Positions 28,228 to 37,683 of a DNA stretch of 64,000 bases are shown in pieces (within the stretch, counting starts at the first letter, position 1; each line of letters starts with the position of its first letter). The stretch is taken from NCBI GenBank assembly GCA_963751595.1, contig CAVVVC010000012.1, positions 192,219 to 256,218 of the forward strand, read 5' to 3'. The notes beneath the pieces were generated by a model. The model had not been told where the DNA came from. It worked only from the letters and a program-made list of their open reading frames with translations, and searched no databases. Both the position numbers and the translations under genes were made by a program. This DNA comes from an uncultured Gammaproteobacteria bacterium. GTDB lineage: Bacteria; Pseudomonadota; Gammaproteobacteria; Pseudomonadales; JAHEGP01.

Positions 28228-29601
28228 CTAGATAATTTCGAAATAGCGCCGCAGCTGCCAGTCGGTGACCGCCTTGCGCTGTTGTTGTTCTTCCCATTCC
28301 CTGCTGTAAGCGTAGTGATCAACGAAGGCGTCACCGAAAAGCTCCCGCGCCACGGTCGACCGCCGCAATCGGGCAGCCGCCTCGCCAAGAGTCCGGGGCA
28401 ACGCAAGGGCATCATCGGTGTTCGCCTCGTAGGCATTGCCGGCGATCGGCTGGCTGGGTTCGCAGCGTTGCTCGATTCCCCACAGCCCCGACGCAAGCGC
28501 CGCGGCCAGGGCAAGATAAGGGTTGATGTCGGCGGCGGCGATGCGGTACTCGACCCGCTGGGAGCTGGCGCTGCCGAGTATGGCACGCAGGGCACAGGTG
28601 CGATTGTCGATTCCCCAGGTGGCCGCGGTTGGCGCCCAGAAGCCGGGTACCAGCCGGGTGTAGCTATTGCACGTCGATGCCACCATTGCCAGCAGCTCCG
28701 GCATCAGGCGCTGTTGGCCACCGATGAACCAGCGCATCTCGTCTGCCATATTGTCGGCTTTGTCGGTGTCGTAAAAGACGCTGCTGCCGTCGGCCCGGGT
28801 GAGGGACAAATGCAGGTGCCCCGACTGCCCCGGGTAATCGTTGGACCACTTTGCCATGAAATTGGCCATGAGCTGGCGCCGTTGCGCCAGCACTTTGACG
28901 AAGGTCTTGAAGAGGACAGCATTGTCGGCGGCGCGCAGGGCATCGCCGTGTTCCAGCGCCGCCTCAAGTACCCCGGGGCCGGTTTCGGTATGCAGGCCCT
29001 CGAGGGGCATTCCCATCTGGGCGCTGGTGTCCAGCAGCTCATGGTAGAAGTCGGCATGGGTGGAGCTTCGCAAAACCGAATAACCGAAGTTGTCAGGGGT
29101 GATGGGCTGAAGCTGCTGATAGCCTTTTTCGCGCACGCTGGCGGGTGTTTCGTCAAACAGGAAAAACTCGAACTCGGTGGCGGCGCTGGCCTTGAAGCCG
29201 TGCTCTTCCAGCCTGCGCAGCACCCGCCTGAGCAGCGAACGCGGACAAACCGCGGCCGCGCGATTATCACTGAAGTCGGCGAGAAACAAAACCGAGCGCG
29301 GAGCCTCGGTGGGCAGCGCCCGGCAACTGCCGGCATCGATGGTGGCCCAGGCATCGGCAAACCCACTCTCCCAGCCACTGAAGGAGTCTTGCGCGTACAG
29401 CTCATCGGCACTGTCCCAGCCGAAAATGACATCGCAGAAGCCGAAGCCTTTGCTGATCGCGGACTCGAACTTCCGCCGGCTGATGTACTTGCCACGCAAG
29501 ATGCCGTCGAGGTCGGTCACCCCGAGTTTGATGTTGTCGATGCCGCGATCGGTGATCAATTCCATCGCCGATTGGGCGTCGAACACGTCCTTCTCTTGCA
29601 T
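28228..29601 (-). CDS. glutamine synthetase family protein (gamma-glutamyl-amine ligase, PuuA/GlnA3-like)
   Basis: ORF reaches 29688. ATG 29601 (GAGGAAGG upstream) gives MQEKDVFDAQSAMELI... GS beta-grasp and catalytic blocks are GVTDLDGILRGKYI, EFEFFLF, HTETGPGVLE, NDYPGQSGHLHLSL and NRTCALR. Confidence 0.85.
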   Translation of the reverse strand: MQEKDVFDAQSAMELITDRGIDNIKLGVTDLDGILRGKYISRRKFESAISKGFGFCDVIFGWDSADELYAQDSFSGWESGFADAWATIDAGSCRALPTEAPRSVLFLADFSDNRAAAVCPRSLLRRVLRRLEEHGFKASAATEFEFFLFDETPASVREKGYQQLQPITPDNFGYSVLRSSTHADFYHELLDTSAQMGMPLEGLHTETGPGVLEAALEHGDALRAADNAVLFKTFVKVLAQRRQLMANFMAKWSNDYPGQSGHLHLSLTRADGSSVFYDTDKADNMADEMRWFIGGQQRLMPELLAMVASTCNSYTRLVPGFWAPTAATWGIDNRTCALRAILGSASSQRVEYRIAAADINPYLALAAALASGLWGIEQRCEPSQPIAGNAYEANTDDALALPRTLGEAAARLRRSTVARELFGDAFVDHYAYSREWEEQQQRKAVTDWQLRRYFEII

Positions 29602-29701
29602 GCTGGTGCCTTCCTCGTCATTCACGCTGGCCGAAACCGACTGCTTTGCCAGCCGGCGACCACTGGGGGGTGGATGGCTTGCTGGCATGGCCGATAATCA
29701 T

Positions 29702-29733
29702 AAACAGGCTTTTACCGGCGCGCCAGCCTGTTT
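29702..29733. promoter_or_regulatory. stem-loop/palindrome AAACAGGCT-N14-AGCCTGTTT in the leader region of the GS-like gene
   Basis: 9-bp perfect arms read directly; the loop contains GGCGCGCC. Lies about 100 nt upstream of the 29601 start, in the divergent intergenic region. Confidence 0.3.
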
Positions 29734-29899
29734 TGGTCGCTGACGGGGATCGGGCAGCATCGACTCCTCTCCGGTACCGCTATTCCTCGATCAACTCCCG
29801 GATCGACGGCGCAATCCGCTATATTAAAGCATACGGCGCCCAAATCCCGTCGACACCAAACCGCTGCGATTTACAGGCCAGGGCCAGAACCCACGCGTT

Positions 29900-30850
29900 A
29901 TGCTGAACACCGTTACCCTAAAGATCACCAGGCGTCGGCAGCGTGCCCGGCGACACATCGTTGCCTGCTGGTTGCTCCTGGGCTGCTGTGGGTATGGCTC
30001 GCTGGCCACCGGGAATCAGCCTGGCGATATCGGGCACCTTGCCCTGTCGCTGGCCCGCCAGCCCGAGGCCAAGGCCGCCTTTGCAGTCGATGCTTTGACC
30101 GAGCTGGCGGCTTCGTTGCGGACGGAGCTTGCGATGGCAAGGCAGGAAGCAGTTTCCCTCGACGATGACCGCTCCCTATGGCGCTGGGTGCGTTCGGTTG
30201 AGGGCTATACTGCCCAGATCCAATCCCTTGCCAACTCCATCGACGTGGGGACCCCCGTGTCCCTCGCGGTGGGCAAGGACAACAACCTGTTTATCCGGGT
30301 GCGCGGCCAGTCGATCATGCTCAGTGCCCCGCGGCGGGAACTGCAGTCTTCGCTGGAGCAAATGGTCATCGACCGTTTTTGCAGCCATCACCCCTGTGCC
30401 GAAAGCCTGCAAAGCCGTGCCACCGCAACCCATGCGGGGGTCGCCGCAGCCCAGCCCCGCTGGAGCTTTGGCGACTCAGGTGGTCCGCTGTGTGCCAGTG
30501 ATGATGGTATCGTACTGCAATTCGACAGCGCTTCGAAGCTGGGCTCGAAGCGGGAGTTCTGCCAGCAACTGGTGAGCGAGCTGCGGGCGATTGCCCTGGC
30601 GGTGAAGCGGCAGCGGCAGAGGGGAGTGCGGGTCGAACTCGATGCGCTGAAGATCTATGCCATCCCGACGCTCGCTGAACACCAGCTTGACGTCAACTCC
30701 GCGGGGGACTCGGTGCAGCTTATCTTGCCGCTGAGCTACGCGATGCCGCGTATACTGCTGGTAGCGCGGCCCTGGATCCGGGCCCGTGCCGAGGGCCGTC
30801 GGGCCAAGCTGGAGTTGGCCGATGCCGAATCCTGGTGGCGGGCGTGGTAG
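29900..30850 (+). CDS. hypothetical protein, probable lipoprotein, no family recognised
   Basis: 316-aa ORF. Very basic N-region (KITRRRQRARRH), then IVACWLLLGCCGYG (lipobox-like LLLGC). Coding-like GC3 bias. Confidence 0.5.
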   Translation: MLNTVTLKITRRRQRARRHIVACWLLLGCCGYGSLATGNQPGDIGHLALSLARQPEAKAAFAVDALTELAASLRTELAMARQEAVSLDDDRSLWRWVRSVEGYTAQIQSLANSIDVGTPVSLAVGKDNNLFIRVRGQSIMLSAPRRELQSSLEQMVIDRFCSHHPCAESLQSRATATHAGVAAAQPRWSFGDSGGPLCASDDGIVLQFDSASKLGSKREFCQQLVSELRAIALAVKRQRQRGVRVELDALKIYAIPTLAEHQLDVNSAGDSVQLILPLSYAMPRILLVARPWIRARAEGRRAKLELADAESWWRAW

Positions 30851-30911
30851 CCAAATCGACAGGCCCCATCCGCCGGGGACCAGCGCCCCCTGATCGCCGG
30901 TCTGGCGGTAT

Positions 30912-32762
30912 TCATGAGCGGGTCTGGGACTGCTCGGTTTCGGCGCCCGCTCCGCGACCGGCCAGGCGATCTGCCGCCAGCACCTGGGCCAGGTCATCCA
31001 GCCGCTGGCGCACCGCCACGCCGTAACTCTTGTCATCCCCCCATAGCTCACTCAACTCCCTCAGGTTTTTATTGTCGTGCTCGCGAAACAGTGCGCCGGC
31101 TCGTTCGGCCGCTGGCTGGGGTACGCCGAGCAGGGTCAGGCTGTCGATACCGAGTTCCAGGGCCGAGGAAAATGTTTCCCGTTGCAGGGTTTCCACGCCA
31201 AGCTTCATCACCTCATAGGTGTGGCGTCGGTCGATGGTGCGGGCCACAATTTTCAGTCGAGGAAAGTGTTTTTGCGCGGTTTCGATGATCTCCAGGATCT
31301 TGTCCGGTTGGTCGACTGCCACCACCAGCAGATCGGCATCGGCGGCTCCGGCAGCGCGCAGCAGATCAAAGCGCGAGGCATCGCCATAAAACACCTTGTG
31401 GCCGTAGCGCCTCACCATATCGACCTGACTCGGGCTGGAGTCCAGAATGGTCGGATTGAAACCCTGGGCCTGCAACAGGCGGCCGATAATCTGGCCGAAG
31501 CGGCCGTAGCCGGCAACGATCACCTTGCCGCCGCCCGCGATGTCATCATAGTCCGGGTCATTGGTTTCGCGGTCGCGGCTTTGCGCTTTTTCATACCACA
31601 GCAACAATAACGGTGTGGTCAGCATCGACAGTGCCACGACCACGGTCAGCAGGTTGGCCTGATCGGCGGTGAACACCCCGGTCTGCATGCCAAAGCCGCC
31701 CAGCACGAAGGCGAACTCCCCTCCCTGGGCCAACGCCAGGACAAACAGCAGTTTTTGCCCGCTGGCCAGTTTGAACACCCAGGCCAGCGCCGCCAGCACC
31801 GCGAGTTTGAGCGCAACCAGCAGCAACAGTCCCAGTATGACCAGCAGGGGGTTTTCGAGAATCACCGAAAAGTCGATATTGGCACCGACTGAAATAAAGA
31901 ACAGTCCCAGTAGCAGGCCCTTGAAGGGCTCGATGTCGGTTTCCAGCTCATGCCGAAATTCACTCTCTGCCAGAACAACACCCGCCAGGAAAGTGCCCAG
32001 TGCTGCAGACAGGCCAATGGATTGCATCAGCAACGCCATGGCGATGACCAGCAGCAGGGCGAAAGCGGTAAAGATTTCCCGCAGCCGGGTTTCGGCAATA
32101 AAGCGAAATACGGGGAAAGCGATCCAGCGCCCACCCGCGACAATCAGTCCCATGACCAGCATGATCGCGAGCAGCTGCGCCCAACCTGGCAGGGCCGAGA
32201 TCAGCGTCTGCTGCTCATGTTCACCGCCGCCGCTTGCGCCGGTGACGGCCAGCAGCGGAAACAGCGCCATGATGGGGATGACGGCAATATCCTGGAACAG
32301 CAATACCGAGAAAGCGTTTTGCCCCGCTTCGGACTTGAGCAGACCCTTCTCGGTCAGGGACTGCAGCACGATAGCGGTGGAGCTGAGGGCGAGGGTCAGA
32401 CCCAGGGCGATCGCGGTTTTGCTGGGCAGGTCGAGCAAGGCGAATGCCGCCAGCGCCAGCAGTGCGGCCGTCAGCAGTACCTGCCCACCGCCGAGGCCCA
32501 AGACCGCGCGGCGCAGGCTCCAGAGCAGGGCGGGTCGAAGTTCGAGGCCCACCAGAAAGAGCATCATCACCACACCGAATTCGGCGAAATGCAGCACCGC
32601 GGTCTGGTTGCCCACCAAAGCCAGGCCAAAGGGCCCGATGACGATGCCGGCTATCAGGTAGCCAAGTACCGACCCCAGGCCGAGACGCGCGGCCAGGGGC
32701 ACCGATACCACCGCTGCCGAGAGATAGATAAACGAGTTGAGGAGAAATTCCTGGCTGTCCAC
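30912..32762 (-). CDS. glutathione-regulated K+ efflux / monovalent cation:proton antiporter-2 (CPA2, KefB/KefC-like) with C-terminal TrkA-N domain
   Basis: 616 aa. N-terminus FLLNSFIYLSAAVVSVPLAARLGLGSVLGYLIAGIVIGPFGL. Rossmann motif VIVAGYGRFGQIIGRLL in the KTN domain. Confidence 0.9.
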   Translation of the reverse strand: MDSQEFLLNSFIYLSAAVVSVPLAARLGLGSVLGYLIAGIVIGPFGLALVGNQTAVLHFAEFGVVMMLFLVGLELRPALLWSLRRAVLGLGGGQVLLTAALLALAAFALLDLPSKTAIALGLTLALSSTAIVLQSLTEKGLLKSEAGQNAFSVLLFQDIAVIPIMALFPLLAVTGASGGGEHEQQTLISALPGWAQLLAIMLVMGLIVAGGRWIAFPVFRFIAETRLREIFTAFALLLVIAMALLMQSIGLSAALGTFLAGVVLAESEFRHELETDIEPFKGLLLGLFFISVGANIDFSVILENPLLVILGLLLLVALKLAVLAALAWVFKLASGQKLLFVLALAQGGEFAFVLGGFGMQTGVFTADQANLLTVVVALSMLTTPLLLLWYEKAQSRDRETNDPDYDDIAGGGKVIVAGYGRFGQIIGRLLQAQGFNPTILDSSPSQVDMVRRYGHKVFYGDASRFDLLRAAGAADADLLVVAVDQPDKILEIIETAQKHFPRLKIVARTIDRRHTYEVMKLGVETLQRETFSSALELGIDSLTLLGVPQPAAERAGALFREHDNKNLRELSELWGDDKSYGVAVRQRLDDLAQVLAADRLAGRGAGAETEQSQTRS

Positions 32763-32955
32763 GGGTCATGCGCTCCCTGGCCGAAAGAGACGCAGTGTCC
32801 ACCATTGGCCAGGGCTCTGCAATTCCCCACCGGGGGTTAATTGGAGAGGTCCTGGCGTCGAGCTTAGAAGCGGAAAAGGTATTGCAATACCCCTGGGTGC
32901 GCGGGGAACGGACGTCGCCCCGGAGGGCCCGCGGCCTGCCTGCGGCGCTTGCCGT

Positions 32956-34665
32956 TTACTTCCTTGGGGCCCGCCGGTCGGGCCGGTAATTGTTGTCGAT
33001 GCAAAGAATCTGCAATACGCCGCCCTCGAGCGCCGGGGTCGGTATCGGGTTATTGGACATGCAGATATCGCCGTTGGTGGTAAAGGTCATGTCCCGGGTG
33101 TAGGTGCCGCGCAGGGGCACCGGGTAGGCTACAAATCGCTCTTCCAGGGGAATGAATCGGTAGATGCGGTCGGTCATGTTCTCGTTGATCCAGATATCCT
33201 GGGTCTGGGGGTGAACGCCCAGCGCATAGGGTGCGGGGCGAAAACCGGGCGCGAATTCGGGCATGGCATAGACCCGGGCGTCAAAGGTATCGGCAACGTT
33301 GATGCGAGCCAGCATCCCCTGGGAATAGCCGGTGACCCAAAGCACGCCCTGCTTGTCGAAGCGCATTCGCCGCGGCCCCTTCACCGGGGAGTCGTGCTCG
33401 GTAATCTCCAGGGTGGCGGGATCGATATGACCAATCTTGTCGGCAAACAGGCGGGTGTACCAGATGCCGCCGTTTTTGGGGTGCACATCGATGCCGTAGG
33501 GCTGGGTGGTGCCGGCTATGCCCTGGGGTTTGTGGGCGGGCAGCGCCAACACGGTGAATTCGCCGGTCTTGGGGTTGAGACGGCCAACCTGCTCCGACCC
33601 GGTCAGGGTGAACCAGAGCATTCCGTCCAGCCCGGTGCGGATGGTGTGGGGATAGATGGCCCCGGTCTCGGCGGGCATGACATGGGATGGCTCCCACTTT
33701 TTTGTGGTGGGATTAAAAACGCCGATGCTGCGCGAACCACTGTTGGTGACGTAGTATTTGCCATCGTGACCCATCGCCAGGGAATGGGGGCCGTTGTGGG
33801 AACCTGAAACGTACTCGCTCACCACCCGGGCGCTCTCCGGGATGCCGCCTTGCAGCGCTGATTTATCGACCTCCGGCTGTTTGACGACTTCGCTGGTGCC
33901 GGTCTTGCGATCGGTAATGTAAATCTGGTCAAGGCGCTGGTCTATGGTGTAAATCAAGCCGTCGTCGGGGTTGTAAATGGCGTCGTGGGGGACCTGGGAA
34001 TCGGGCAGGGGGTACTCGTAGATCTTGGTGACCGCCAGTGTCTGGTCAAGGGGGAACTCCGGCCGAACGCTCAGCGGCTCGCCGTTGAAGCCCTTCGACA
34101 GTAGTTCGGAGCGTGAATCGCGCAGCTCCATATCGAAGTTGCCCAGGTACCGGTGCATACGTTCAATGGACTGCGACCAGGACTCCGGCGACCGGGGAAT
34201 ACGGGTAAACGCGTTGCCAACCTGGTGGCAGGACAGGCAGTCCCGCTGGAACAGGGTGCGGGTGAAGTTGCCCTTGCCTTCCTCATCAAACGGCAGGCTG
34301 CCAAAATGATAGGCCGCCGGCAGGCTTTCCGAGATTTCCTTCGGGTCCGTCATTGCCTGCAGCACAAAATCTTTTTGCTTGTGTGCGTTGTCACCGAGGG
34401 AAATAGAATCCTCGGCGTCCCGGTAGTACGGGGCTCTGAGCCGCACCACCAGGTCACCGCTGAGGGAGGTTTGCAACATGAACTTGCCGGTTTTGTTGCT
34501 GTAGACGGATTCGGATAGCCCGGAGGGAGCGGTCGCGCGCACCATTACACCCTCCAACCCCTTACCCTCGGCGTCGGTCACCGTGCCGCTCAGGGTGCCG
34601 GCGTTCGCCTGGGCACAGATCAGTGGGGCTAGCAGGTAAAAAGCGATTCCGTGGGTGATCTTCAT
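32956..34665 (-). CDS. periplasmic multidomain protein: carboxypeptidase-regulatory-like domain + CxxCH haem-c motif + Vgb/streptogramin-lyase-like beta-propeller
   Basis: 569 aa. Signal FYLLAPLICAQA/NAG. GTLSGTVTDAEGKGLEGVMVRA (CarboxypepD_reg-like). FQRDCLSCHQVGN (CxxCH). Repeated blade motifs (HDGKYYVTNSGS, GMLWFTLTGSEQVGRLN, GGIWYTRLFADKIGHID, GVLWVTGYSQGMLARIN). Confidence 0.7.
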   Translation of the reverse strand: MKITHGIAFYLLAPLICAQANAGTLSGTVTDAEGKGLEGVMVRATAPSGLSESVYSNKTGKFMLQTSLSGDLVVRLRAPYYRDAEDSISLGDNAHKQKDFVLQAMTDPKEISESLPAAYHFGSLPFDEEGKGNFTRTLFQRDCLSCHQVGNAFTRIPRSPESWSQSIERMHRYLGNFDMELRDSRSELLSKGFNGEPLSVRPEFPLDQTLAVTKIYEYPLPDSQVPHDAIYNPDDGLIYTIDQRLDQIYITDRKTGTSEVVKQPEVDKSALQGGIPESARVVSEYVSGSHNGPHSLAMGHDGKYYVTNSGSRSIGVFNPTTKKWEPSHVMPAETGAIYPHTIRTGLDGMLWFTLTGSEQVGRLNPKTGEFTVLALPAHKPQGIAGTTQPYGIDVHPKNGGIWYTRLFADKIGHIDPATLEITEHDSPVKGPRRMRFDKQGVLWVTGYSQGMLARINVADTFDARVYAMPEFAPGFRPAPYALGVHPQTQDIWINENMTDRIYRFIPLEERFVAYPVPLRGTYTRDMTFTTNGDICMSNNPIPTPALEGGVLQILCIDNNYRPDRRAPRK

Positions 34666-34811
34666 GGTCGTATCTCCGGGGGAAGGGCGTCCGTGGCCAA
34701 TACCGCAGCGCTCCAGGCCAATCGATTATAGATTTTGTGGGCCTTCTTAAACAAGCGGCGCGAGGGAGACGCGAATCCATGCCAGTGATAGCGGCACTGC
34801 AGAGATCGGCG

Positions 34812-35579
34812 TTACACGGTGGCGAAATAGTAAGCTGTCACCACACAGCTGGTCACTACCACCGCGCCCCTGACCCATCGCTCGGGCAGGCGGCGGGAAA
34901 CCCGTGCTGCCAGATACCCTCCCATGAGGGTGCCAAGCAGTACCGCGCAGCCCTGGCGCCAGGCAATGGCATCCTGGCCGATAAAGATTGCTATCGCGGT
35001 GAGGGAGACGCAGGATGACAGCAGCAGCTTGATGCCATTCATGGTGTTGATATCGCTGTAACCCGCCAGCGCCAGCAGACTGAGCAACACGATACCGAGG
35101 CCGGCATTGAAAAAGCCCCCGTAAATGCTGACCGCGAGTAACAGCAGGCCGAACAGGAGGCTGGCTGCAACGGGCACAGGGTGCTTTTTGGGCACCCGCT
35201 TGCCCAGGCTGGCGCGGAGCTGCCGGCCGGATACAAACAATAGGGTCGCAAGCAGCAGCAACCAGGGTATGGCCTGTTGAAAAGCCGCTTCCGGAATCAT
35301 GAGCAGTAGGCTGGCGCCGACGGCCCCGCCGATCAGGCTCAGCCCCAGCATAGAGACCATCGGGCCCTGGGCATTCACGATCTCCCTGCGCAGTGCCCAG
35401 GCGCCGCTGAGGTAGCCGGCGCAGGAGGCCAGGGTGTTGGTTGCATTGGCACTGATCGGCCCGACCCCGGCCCACATCAGCGCGGGGAAAGTGATAAAGC
35501 TGCCGCCGCCGGCAATGGCATTGAGCAGGCCACCGCACAGCCCGGCGATAAAAAGCAGGACGATTTCGCCAGCCATCAA
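34812..35579 (-). CDS. sulfite exporter TauE/SafE family membrane protein
   Basis: 255 aa, polytopic. LLFIAGLCGGLLNAIAGGGSFITFPALMWAG, and the internal repeat of the same motif type (IYGGFFNAGLGIVLL). Confidence 0.85.
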   Translation of the reverse strand: MMAGEIVLLFIAGLCGGLLNAIAGGGSFITFPALMWAGVGPISANATNTLASCAGYLSGAWALRREIVNAQGPMVSMLGLSLIGGAVGASLLLMIPEAAFQQAIPWLLLLATLLFVSGRQLRASLGKRVPKKHPVPVAASLLFGLLLLAVSIYGGFFNAGLGIVLLSLLALAGYSDINTMNGIKLLLSSCVSLTAIAIFIGQDAIAWRQGCAVLLGTLMGGYLAARVSRRLPERWVRGAVVVTSCVVTAYYFATV

Positions 35580-36733
35580 GGCTTACAGTCCAGGGCGCAA
35601 AGCCCGGCCAGATCGCTGAGCAAGGGCCCCCTTTGCGCCACTCGCACGGCATTGGCGTCCAGGGAGTCGGTGAGAAAACAGAACGAAATGCCGCTGACCG
35701 GATCTGCCCAGGCAACCTGGCCACCGGCCCCGTGGTGCCCGAAACTGGCGGCGGCGGTGTGGCGGGAACCCATGCCCCGGCGCCCCCCGAAGCCATCATC
35801 CCCCTGGATGATCAGGCCGAGGCTTCGATTGGCAGGGTAGCTGCCAACCGGGTCCGGGTGCGCGGCGCGAATGTTGGTGGTGGCATCCCTGAGAATTCCG
35901 GGGTCCCACAAGTTGCCGGGATTATGCAGAAGGGCCTGGTAGAAAAGGGCGACATGGGCAGCCGTTGTGACGGCACCGCCACCGGGTACGCCCAGGGCCC
36001 TGACCTGTGGGTCGTTCATCAGATGGAGCATACTGTGTTCCGCCGTTTCGGGGGCCCCTGCCTGGGTACCGAAGCAGGCGGCTAGCTCTTCCCCACTCGC
36101 GGGGCTGCCCACGGTGCGCACGGTATTGATGCCCCCCTGCTGAGCCAGTGGGGCCCCCAGGCGGAACCCCTCGAGTTGCAGGGGTTTAATAATCCGCCTG
36201 GCGATAAACTCCCGGTAGTCCTGGTGGGACAGGCGCTGTATCACTTCGGCCAGTACCCAATAGGAGGACGTGGGGTGGTACTGGCAACGCGACCCCGGCA
36301 TCCACTCCAGTTGCCATTGCGACATGGATAGCAGCCGGTCGCAACGGCTGTACCACTGCGGCGGCCCCAGCACCGCCGCGGGGAAACCGGATGTATGGGT
36401 GAGTAGCTGCTCCAGAGTGACTGCTTCCTTGCCGTTGGCGGCAAACTCGGGAATAACATCGATGACTGGCCGTTGCTCGTCGAGCCCCAGTTCAGCCATC
36501 AGCAGCCAGAAGGCGGACGCCACCAGGGCTTTGCTGACCGAATAAATCGCATAGGAAGTACCCGGCTCGGTCGCTCCAAGGGTTGCAAAAAGCCCGAGCC
36601 TGCCGTGGCGGGCAAGGGCAATCTGGCAGGAGTTGAGACCTCCAGCCTGGCATTGCTGCCGGCTGGCCTGGAGCAATTCGTCGAGCCGCAGCGGGTCCAG
36701 GCCCAACTGCCGGGGGTCGGTAACAGCAATCAT
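35576..36733 (-). CDS. serine hydrolase, beta-lactamase (class C / EstB-like) family
   Basis: 385 aa. S-x-x-K motif in IYSVSKALVASAF and a C-terminal GHHGAGGQVAWADP block. The stop overlaps the start of the next gene by 4 nt (ATGA). Confidence 0.85.
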   Translation of the reverse strand: MIAVTDPRQLGLDPLRLDELLQASRQQCQAGGLNSCQIALARHGRLGLFATLGATEPGTSYAIYSVSKALVASAFWLLMAELGLDEQRPVIDVIPEFAANGKEAVTLEQLLTHTSGFPAAVLGPPQWYSRCDRLLSMSQWQLEWMPGSRCQYHPTSSYWVLAEVIQRLSHQDYREFIARRIIKPLQLEGFRLGAPLAQQGGINTVRTVGSPASGEELAACFGTQAGAPETAEHSMLHLMNDPQVRALGVPGGGAVTTAAHVALFYQALLHNPGNLWDPGILRDATTNIRAAHPDPVGSYPANRSLGLIIQGDDGFGGRRGMGSRHTAAASFGHHGAGGQVAWADPVSGISFCFLTDSLDANAVRVAQRGPLLSDLAGLCALDCKP

Positions 36734-36802
36734 CAGTGGTTCTCTGTGCAGGGAACGGTGGTGTCCAGATTATAGAAGGGCTGCGTTGTGCCAGCGTAGC
36801 TT

Positions 36803-37495
36803 TCAGGGCGGGGCCTGGCTGTTTTCACCGTGACTGAACGCCATTATCTGACTGAGTTCGGTCAGGCTGAGGCCGGACTGCTGCTGCAGATCGTTGAAAC
36901 AGGCCTGGGCTGCGGCCAGCGCCTTTTTGGTATTGTTGCCGGTGTTGATAATGTCGTGGCTGCGCAGATAGCCCTCCACGTCGTGAGTCAGCAAAAAGGT
37001 ATCCTTACCCAGCGCCCGCAGGGCATACGGGCCGATATTACCCCCAAGCCGGGTGCCGTGCCGTTTCAGATAGCTCCAGAGGCCGATGATGTCTTCGGAC
37101 GGCCAGTCGGCGATAAACCCGGCAAAGCCTTTCTTGTTGCGCTGCCGGGTCTCGCGGATCATCAGCGCATTGTCCCGTATGGCCCAGATTTTGCGGGCAT
37201 TGCGAATAATGCGCGGGTCCCTCGCTTTGCGCTCCAGCATCTCGTCGGGCATCAGGATCAGCTTGTCGATATCGAACTCCCAGAACAGGTCCTCGAAGTT
37301 GGACCACTTGCTATCCACCACCCGCCAGACAAAACCCGACTGAAAGATTTTCCTGCACAATTCGGATAGATGAATCCGGTCCGGAATTGTACGTAGCTCG
37401 GCAGCTGAAAGCGGCACCCGCAGTCGCCTCAGAAGGCCCTCTTCGCCACCCTTCCTCTGGCAGGTGGTGTCATAAAGTGTCGTAAAAAGCAGCAT
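36803..37495 (-). CDS. DNA-3-methyladenine glycosylase I (Tag)-like protein, atypical N-terminus
   Basis: 230 aa. The central region LSELCRKIFQSGFVWRVVDSKWSNFEDLFWEFDIDKL ... RIIRNARKIWAIRDNA aligns by eye with the Tag HhH core. The Tag N-terminal YHDxEWG/Zn-snap residues are not evident. Confidence 0.5.
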   Translation of the reverse strand: MLLFTTLYDTTCQRKGGEEGLLRRLRVPLSAAELRTIPDRIHLSELCRKIFQSGFVWRVVDSKWSNFEDLFWEFDIDKLILMPDEMLERKARDPRIIRNARKIWAIRDNALMIRETRQRNKKGFAGFIADWPSEDIIGLWSYLKRHGTRLGGNIGPYALRALGKDTFLLTHDVEGYLRSHDIINTGNNTKKALAAAQACFNDLQQQSGLSLTELSQIMAFSHGENSQAPP

Positions 37496-37626
37496 ATTAC
37501 TTTATCAATAAGAAAAATCGGGGAGCCCTGGAGGAGGGTTGCACCAATTCACGCGATGCGTGCCAGCGCCTGAATTTAGGTGTTTCATTCTAACAATTAT
37601 GGGTATCTTACACACCATTGAGTAAT

Positions 37627-37641
37627 GCATCGCGGCGATGC
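37627..37641. promoter_or_regulatory. perfect 15-bp palindrome GCATCGC-G-GCGATGC in the phasin gene leader
   Basis: Read directly. Lies about 43 nt upstream of ATG 37684 in an AT-rich intergenic region. Confidence 0.3.
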
Positions 37642-37683
37642 TTACCAAAACAGGTTTCACAACAACTCGGGAGAGTGAACACA

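Noticed and set aside
28282-29697. 471-aa ORF on the plus strand
   Set aside because: It mirrors almost exactly the glutamine-synthetase-family gene on the other strand, whose motifs are unambiguous. Gly/Arg/Pro-rich shadow frame.
31669-32661. 330-aa plus-strand ORF, plus the overlapping 296-aa ORF at 31950-32840
   Set aside because: Antisense to the Kef-type antiporter. Ser/Ala/Pro/Arg-rich low-complexity translation.
34747-35799. 350-aa minus-strand ORF overlapping the TauE and serine-hydrolase genes out of frame
   Set aside because: The two in-frame genes have clear family motifs and a 4-nt coupled junction. This ORF is a Pro/Arg/Gly-rich alternative frame.
37541-37566. TGGCAC on the minus strand as a sigma54 -24 element upstream of the Tag-like gene
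   Set aside because: The required -12 TTGC[AT] element at the correct spacing is missing (the sequence reads GCGTG).
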